Notes under the pieces: generated by a model
What the model was told of the DNA's origin: nothing
The model's database searches: none
What the model saw: only the letters and a program-made list of their open reading frames with translations
Translations under genes and position numbers: made by a program
Origin: a virus
Lineage: Duplodnaviria; Caudoviricetes
Reading direction: 5' to 3' (one strand)
IMG/VR virus record: IMGVR_UViG_3300048849_000167
Location: 1-49,354 of that record
DNA length: 49,354 nucleotides
In this document: positions 45,042 to 49,354 of the stretch, in pieces
How positions within the stretch are numbered: position 1 is the stretch's first letter
How the letters are laid out: each line of letters starts with the position of its first letter

Positions 45042-46283
45042 CTACCTTCGCCGACCAGTCAGCAGATCTGCTGCCGGAACGAATTCCGCCCCGATCAGGT
45101 CAGCCCATTCCTGCGCCAACTCTTTCCTCCGATTTAGATGGATCGCACGATTGTAGGCGCCTTCGACTTTATCTTTGGGGACGTGTGCGAGCATCAAATC
45201 GACGACATGCTTGTCGGCAGGGAAACGCTCGTTCATCACTGATGAGAACGTTGCGCGGAAGCCGTGCGGCACGTGGTGGCCATGATATCCCGCCCGGTTC
45301 AATAAGTACCCCATCGCATTTTCGGACATAGGTTTGTGAGCGTGGCGTGCGTTTGGGAAGGCGAGGGTGCCTCGTCCGGATACTTGGCGTAGCGCCTCAA
45401 TCGCCTCCACAGCCTGCCTCGAGAGGGGCACAAGATGATCGCGCGCCTCGTCCTCTTTGTACTGGAGTCGGAGTTTCATGCGGACGGCGGGAATATGCCA
45501 TAGCGGCGTCTCGTCGAAATCCGTCCACTCGAACCAAGGAGTAGAGGCCAGCGTGCCGGGGCGTACAGCCGTGAGTGCAAGGATTCGCAGTGCCAGCTTT
45601 GTGACGGGATGCGCGATCTCGCGATCGACCTTGGCAAGCATTTCTCTCGCCTTTGATAGATCCGTAATTGCCGGCTGGCGTCCTTTTTTTAATGGCGCCA
45701 TCGCCTTCTGCACGGTGGCGGCAGGATCAGTCTCTGCGCGGCCTGTCGAGATCGAGTAGACGAAGACCGCGCTCATCCGCTGTCGGATACGTCGGGCCGT
45801 ATCTTTCGCTCCACGCGCCTCTATGGGGCGAAGGACAGCTATGACGTCTGACGCGGTAATATCCTTGATTTGGACCTTGCCAAGGACAGGAAAGATATCT
45901 TTCTCAAGGCTCGTGATAACATCGTCAGCATGCCGCTCCACCCACTGAGATTTGTTTAGTTTGAACCATTCGCGGGCCAACGCCTCGAGACTGGTCTCTC
46001 CTGCATTAGCACCGGCGAGCTTCCTGAGCTTCTTCGTTGCGCCTGGATCTTTACCGGAACGAAGCATCGCCTTGGCGTCGTCTCGTTCGCCGCGAGCTGC
46101 CAGTAATGTCACATCCGGATACGCGCCGATCGAAAGCAGCTTTTCTTTTCCCCCGAAGGTGTAGCGGAATCGCCATAGTTTTCCGCCTGATGGCGAGACA
46201 TAGAGGAACAGCCCACCGCCATCGGCAATCTTGAAAGGCTTCTCTCGAGCCTTCTCTTTCCGGATTCGCAGGTCGGTAAGCAT
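45042..46283 (-). CDS. P4-type integrase (tyrosine recombinase with arm-binding domain)
   Basis: DGGGLFL..SGGKLWRFRY..GAYPDVTL; VRPG, HGFR, LAH, AYNR; adjacent to tRNA/att. Confidence 0.95.
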   Translation of the reverse strand: MLTDLRIRKEKAREKPFKIADGGGLFLYVSPSGGKLWRFRYTFGGKEKLLSIGAYPDVTLLAARGERDDAKAMLRSGKDPGATKKLRKLAGANAGETSLEALAREWFKLNKSQWVERHADDVITSLEKDIFPVLGKVQIKDITASDVIAVLRPIEARGAKDTARRIRQRMSAVFVYSISTGRAETDPAATVQKAMAPLKKGRQPAITDLSKAREMLAKVDREIAHPVTKLALRILALTAVRPGTLASTPWFEWTDFDETPLWHIPAVRMKLRLQYKEDEARDHLVPLSRQAVEAIEALRQVSGRGTLAFPNARHAHKPMSENAMGYLLNRAGYHGHHVPHGFRATFSSVMNERFPADKHVVDLMLAHVPKDKVEGAYNRAIHLNRRKELAQEWADLIGAEFVPAADLLTGRRR

Positions 46284-46455
46284 GCCGGACTCCCAAATAC
46301 CCCAGGTTCGGTAAAAGATACCCCGGATAGTACCCGGTTTCCAGTGGGGTATGGTCCGTAAATGACCGGCAAAATCGGGCAAGATGAGGCAAGTCTCGAA
46401 CCGTATTCGCGTTATAAATCATAAGATTACGGAAGAAATGAAGATGCTGCGGCAA

Positions 46456-46475
46456 GGGAAATGGCGGAAGAGGTG
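46456..46475 (+). repeat. att core, right copy
   Basis: identical to 919-938. Confidence 0.92.
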
Positions 46476-46551
46476 GGATTCGAACCCACGGTACGGTCTC
46501 CCGCACGCCGGTTTTCAAGACCGGTTCCTTAAACCACTCGGACACTCTTCC
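46462..46551 (-). tRNA. tRNA-Ser(TGA)
   Basis: GGAAGAG acceptor, CCGGT-CTTGAAA-ACCGG anticodon arm, long variable arm, GGTTCGAATCC, CCA; 90 nt. Confidence 0.96.
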
Positions 46552-46744
46552 GTCGCGCTGATCTGATTGCGGTTGCTCTTGCACGGCGCCGTCGGTCGGC
46601 GCTTGCGTTCACTATCAGATCCGGTTTGCAGGAGGCTTTATAGCCTGCTTCGAGACAGCGTCAACCGGCAGGCCAGGGAGAATGGCTTGATACCGGGTGA
46701 CGTCTGCGTGGCCGCCTTTACTCTATTTGAAGAGAGTATCCGTT

Positions 46745-46759
46745 TTAACCAACAGTAAA
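46745..46759 (+). promoter_or_regulatory. possible CtrA site upstream of chemoreceptor gene
   Basis: TTAA-CCAACAG-TAAA, one mismatch to TTAA-N7-TTAA. Confidence 0.4.
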
Positions 46760-46887
46760 ACTTGCATCGTTATGGTGCGTGCAAGCCCTCGGGAGGGGCA
46801 TGACGTCATTTCGGGAATCGCACTTGCAGCTCGTTCTTCTCCCGAGCGCAGACACGTTACCCGCCACGCTTTGCAAATGGGTCTTTC

Positions 46888-48897
46888 ATGAAGAACGTTT
46901 CGATCACCGGTAAATTCCTAGCGCTTCTTGCCTCGTTCGGGCTGTTCGCATTGGCTTTGGCTTTCTATGCCGGCGATCAGATCACCAAGGTCGATAGCGG
47001 TTATTCGGATCTCCTCAGTGCCGAGGAGGATGCGGCGGTATCGCTTGCTCGCGCCAGCCGCACCTATCAGACCATGCGCGCTGCGATCAGCGACATTCTC
47101 CTGACCTCCAACAAGGAGCAGGAGAAGAAGGCTTTCGAAGAGATCGCCACGGCGCGTCAGGAGTTCACGAGCTTAGTGGATCGTGCGGCAGCAGACCTGC
47201 CGCAAGATGCCAGCATCAAGGACCTCAAGGCCAAAGCCGTCGATATTCTCGATCAATCCTGCGCGAAAACGGTCGCGCTCGGCTCCAAGGCCCTGACCTA
47301 CATCGACATCAAGAACGCAACGGAAGTATTCTTCACGGAGTGTCAGCCCAATTTCCGGACCATGACACAGGCGTTCGCCGGCAAGGTCGAGGAGCTTGCG
47401 ACGGTGTCCCTCAAGCGCAAGGCTGAATTGTCTGCCGCCTCGAATGGCATCTACTGGACCACGATCGGTGGCGTCCTGATCGGCTTGGTGATGATCACCA
47501 TCGTCAGCTTCGTGATGATCAAGATCTGGCTGGTGCGTCCGGTGCAGGCGCTGAACGGCGTCATGACGCGGCTCGCCGACGGCGATCTGACCGCGGATGT
47601 CGACGGCACGGAGCGCAAGGACGAGGTCGGCGGCATGGCTCGCGCCGTTCAGGTATTCAAGGATAATGGTCTGCGGGCTCGCGACGTCGAGCATCAGTCG
47701 ACCGTCCAGCGCCAGCAGTCCGAAGACCAGCAGCGTCTGGCAGCGGAACGCGACCGCGTCCGCGCCGAGGCGATGGCCCAGGCGACCAGCGGTCTGGCCG
47801 ACGGCCTCAAGCAACTCTCCGCCGGCAATCTCGATTTCCGGATAGATCAGCCTTTCGCGGCGGATTTCGAGGCTTTGCGAAGCGATTTCAACGGCACCGT
47901 CGAGCAGTTGCGCGCAACGCTGAAAACCGTGGCGGAAGCCGGCGCATCGATCGACAGCGGCTCGCGCGAAGTCAGCCAGAGCGCCGACGATCTTGCAAAG
48001 CGGACCGAGCAACAGGCCGCCTCGCTCGAGGAGACCGCCGCAGCCCTCGACCAAATCACCGCCAATGTCAGCAATTCGTCGAAGCGGGCAGAGGAAGCCC
48101 GCGCAGTGGCAATCCAGGCAAATCAGAGCGCTCATCAGTCGGGATCCGTCGTCGCCAATGCCGTCGATGCTATGGGCCGGATCGAGCAGTCGTCCAACCA
48201 GATTTCCAGCATTATCGGCGTCATCGATGACATTGCCTTCCAGACCAATCTTCTGGCGCTGAACGCGGGTGTCGAGGCGGCACGCGCAGGGGAGGCGGGC
48301 AAGGGCTTTGCGGTCGTCGCCCAGGAAGTCCGCGAACTGGCTCAGCGTTCCGCCAAGGCCGCCAAGGAAATCAAGGAGCTGATCCGCAATTCATCCGCCG
48401 AGGTCGATAGCGGCGTCAGGCTGGTCAGCGAAACCGGCGAAGCCCTGAAAACCATCGAGGGCTATATCGTCACCATCAACCAGCACATGGATGCGATCGC
48501 GACCTCGTCGCGTGAGCAGTCGGTCGGGCTGTCCGAGGTCAATACGGCCGTCAACCAGATGGACCAGGTGACGCAGCAGAACGCCGCCATGGTCGAGGAG
48601 GCGAACGCCGCCGGTGCGACACTTGCCAACGAGGCGGCCCGCCTGCGCGAGTTGATCAGCCGCTTCCAGCTGGGACGTGACGGGCAGGCTTCCCTAACAC
48701 AGAATCATGGAGCGTCTTTTAGGGCTCCGGTGTCCACCGCGCGTACCGCACCGGTCAGGGCAATCGGCAGTCATACGGCGCCGGTCGCATCGCCGGCGCG
48801 CAGTATGGTCGGCAAGATCGCCCAGGCCTTCATGGGCAAGGGCAGCGCGCCGGCAGCCTCGACTGCCGCCGCTGCCGACAGCTGGGAAGAGTTCTGA
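46888..48897 (+). CDS. methyl-accepting chemotaxis protein (host)
   Basis: two TMs, [39 protein letters not shown]-terminal WEEF. Confidence 0.97.
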   Translation: MKNVSITGKFLALLASFGLFALALAFYAGDQITKVDSGYSDLLSAEEDAAVSLARASRTYQTMRAAISDILLTSNKEQEKKAFEEIATARQEFTSLVDRAAADLPQDASIKDLKAKAVDILDQSCAKTVALGSKALTYIDIKNATEVFFTECQPNFRTMTQAFAGKVEELATVSLKRKAELSAASNGIYWTTIGGVLIGLVMITIVSFVMIKIWLVRPVQALNGVMTRLADGDLTADVDGTERKDEVGGMARAVQVFKDNGLRARDVEHQSTVQRQQSEDQQRLAAERDRVRAEAMAQATSGLADGLKQLSAGNLDFRIDQPFAADFEALRSDFNGTVEQLRATLKTVAEAGASIDSGSREVSQSADDLAKRTEQQAASLEETAAALDQITANVSNSSKRAEEARAVAIQANQSAHQSGSVVANAVDAMGRIEQSSNQISSIIGVIDDIAFQTNLLALNAGVEAARAGEAGKGFAVVAQEVRELAQRSAKAAKEIKELIRNSSAEVDSGVRLVSETGEALKTIEGYIVTINQHMDAIATSSREQSVGLSEVNTAVNQMDQVTQQNAAMVEEANAAGATLANEAARLRELISRFQLGRDGQASLTQNHGASFRAPVSTARTAPVRAIGSHTAPVASPARSMVGKIAQAFMGKGSAPAASTAAAADSWEEF

Positions 48898-48927
48898 TCG
48901 CCACAGCGCAGGTTTGATGGCGAAATG

Positions 48928-48962
48928 AGAAGCCAGGGCGTGACTGTCACGCCCTGGCTTCT
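48928..48962. terminator. hairpin terminator after mcp
   Basis: AGAAGCCAGGGCGTGAC-T-GTCACGCCCTGGCTTCT. Confidence 0.7.
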
Positions 48963-49105
48963 CGCCGTTGTCTTGCTGACGCACAATGTCGGCTCGGACG
49001 ATGCGGGGAGGGGTATCTCCTACCCGTCATCGTCCTTTTGCATGACCGTCCGCCGGAACAAAATCCGCTGCAGTTAATTCAATTCGCCAAATCGGGAAGT
49101 TTGGC

Positions 49106-49354
49106 ATGGCACGGTATTTCTTCGATCTGCTCAATGGGGATGGTCTCGTGCGGGACGATCTGGGTGTCGAGCTGTCATCCCGCGATAGCATATCGAAGGA
49201 AGTGAGCCGTATCCTGACAGATATTGCGGGCGAGGAGATGCCGGGGCAGGAGAAGGGAGCGGTCTCGATCGAGGTGCGCGACGAGGACGGAAAGGCGATA
49301 TTCGCCGGTCACCTCTCGTTCGAAAGCCGGTGGCTTCACGCGCCGAATTCCTGA
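49106..49354 (+). CDS. DUF6894-like small protein (host)
   Basis: MARYFFDL..D..GVEL...IEVRDEDG. Confidence 0.8.
   Translation: MARYFFDLLNGDGLVRDDLGVELSSRDSISKEVSRILTDIAGEEMPGQEKGAVSIEVRDEDGKAIFAGHLSFESRWLHAPNS

Larger units (their letters stand above)
919..46475. mobile_element. prophage (siphovirus-like, HK97-type head, P4-type integrase) integrated at tRNA-Ser
   Basis: 20-bp direct repeats at both ends, one overlapping the tRNA 3' end; integrase, terminase, capsid, tail and lysis genes inside. Confidence 0.93.

Noticed and set aside
46051-46584. 177-aa ORF spanning the tRNA
   Set aside because: Artefactual translation through tRNA-Ser and the integrase 5' end.
47173-48135. 320-aa minus-strand ORF
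   Set aside because: Antisense shadow of the high-GC mcp gene.

Overview
Alphaproteobacterial (Rhizobium/Agrobacterium-like) chromosome window almost filled by a ~45.5 kb prophage (919-46475). It is integrated at the 3' end of tRNA-Ser(TGA) and bounded by a 20-bp direct repeat (GGGAAATGGCGGAAGAGGTG). Left to right it carries: an AlpA/Xis-like gene and a TOPRIM primase/AAA helicase with a repeat-rich origin; HNH, terminase, fused protease-capsid, portal and siphovirus-type tail genes; a GH108 endolysin with spanins; a ~15 kb mosaic accessory region (Crp/Fnr, two RTX proteins, two extra tyrosine recombinases, small regulators); and a P4-type integrase. Host flanks are general-stress-type small genes and an MCP. 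The most notable observations are: (1) a frameshifted TIR domain fused to a PhyR-type receiver; (2) a 78-nt CCA-ending tRNA-like RNA with rearranged arm topology; (3) five phage proteins carrying the ANDN motif of the alphaproteobacterial SsrA tag; (4) accessory genes separated by a recurring ~18-bp site; (5) a recombinase followed by three coupled excisionase-like genes. All calls come from motif recognition by eye, with no database searches.
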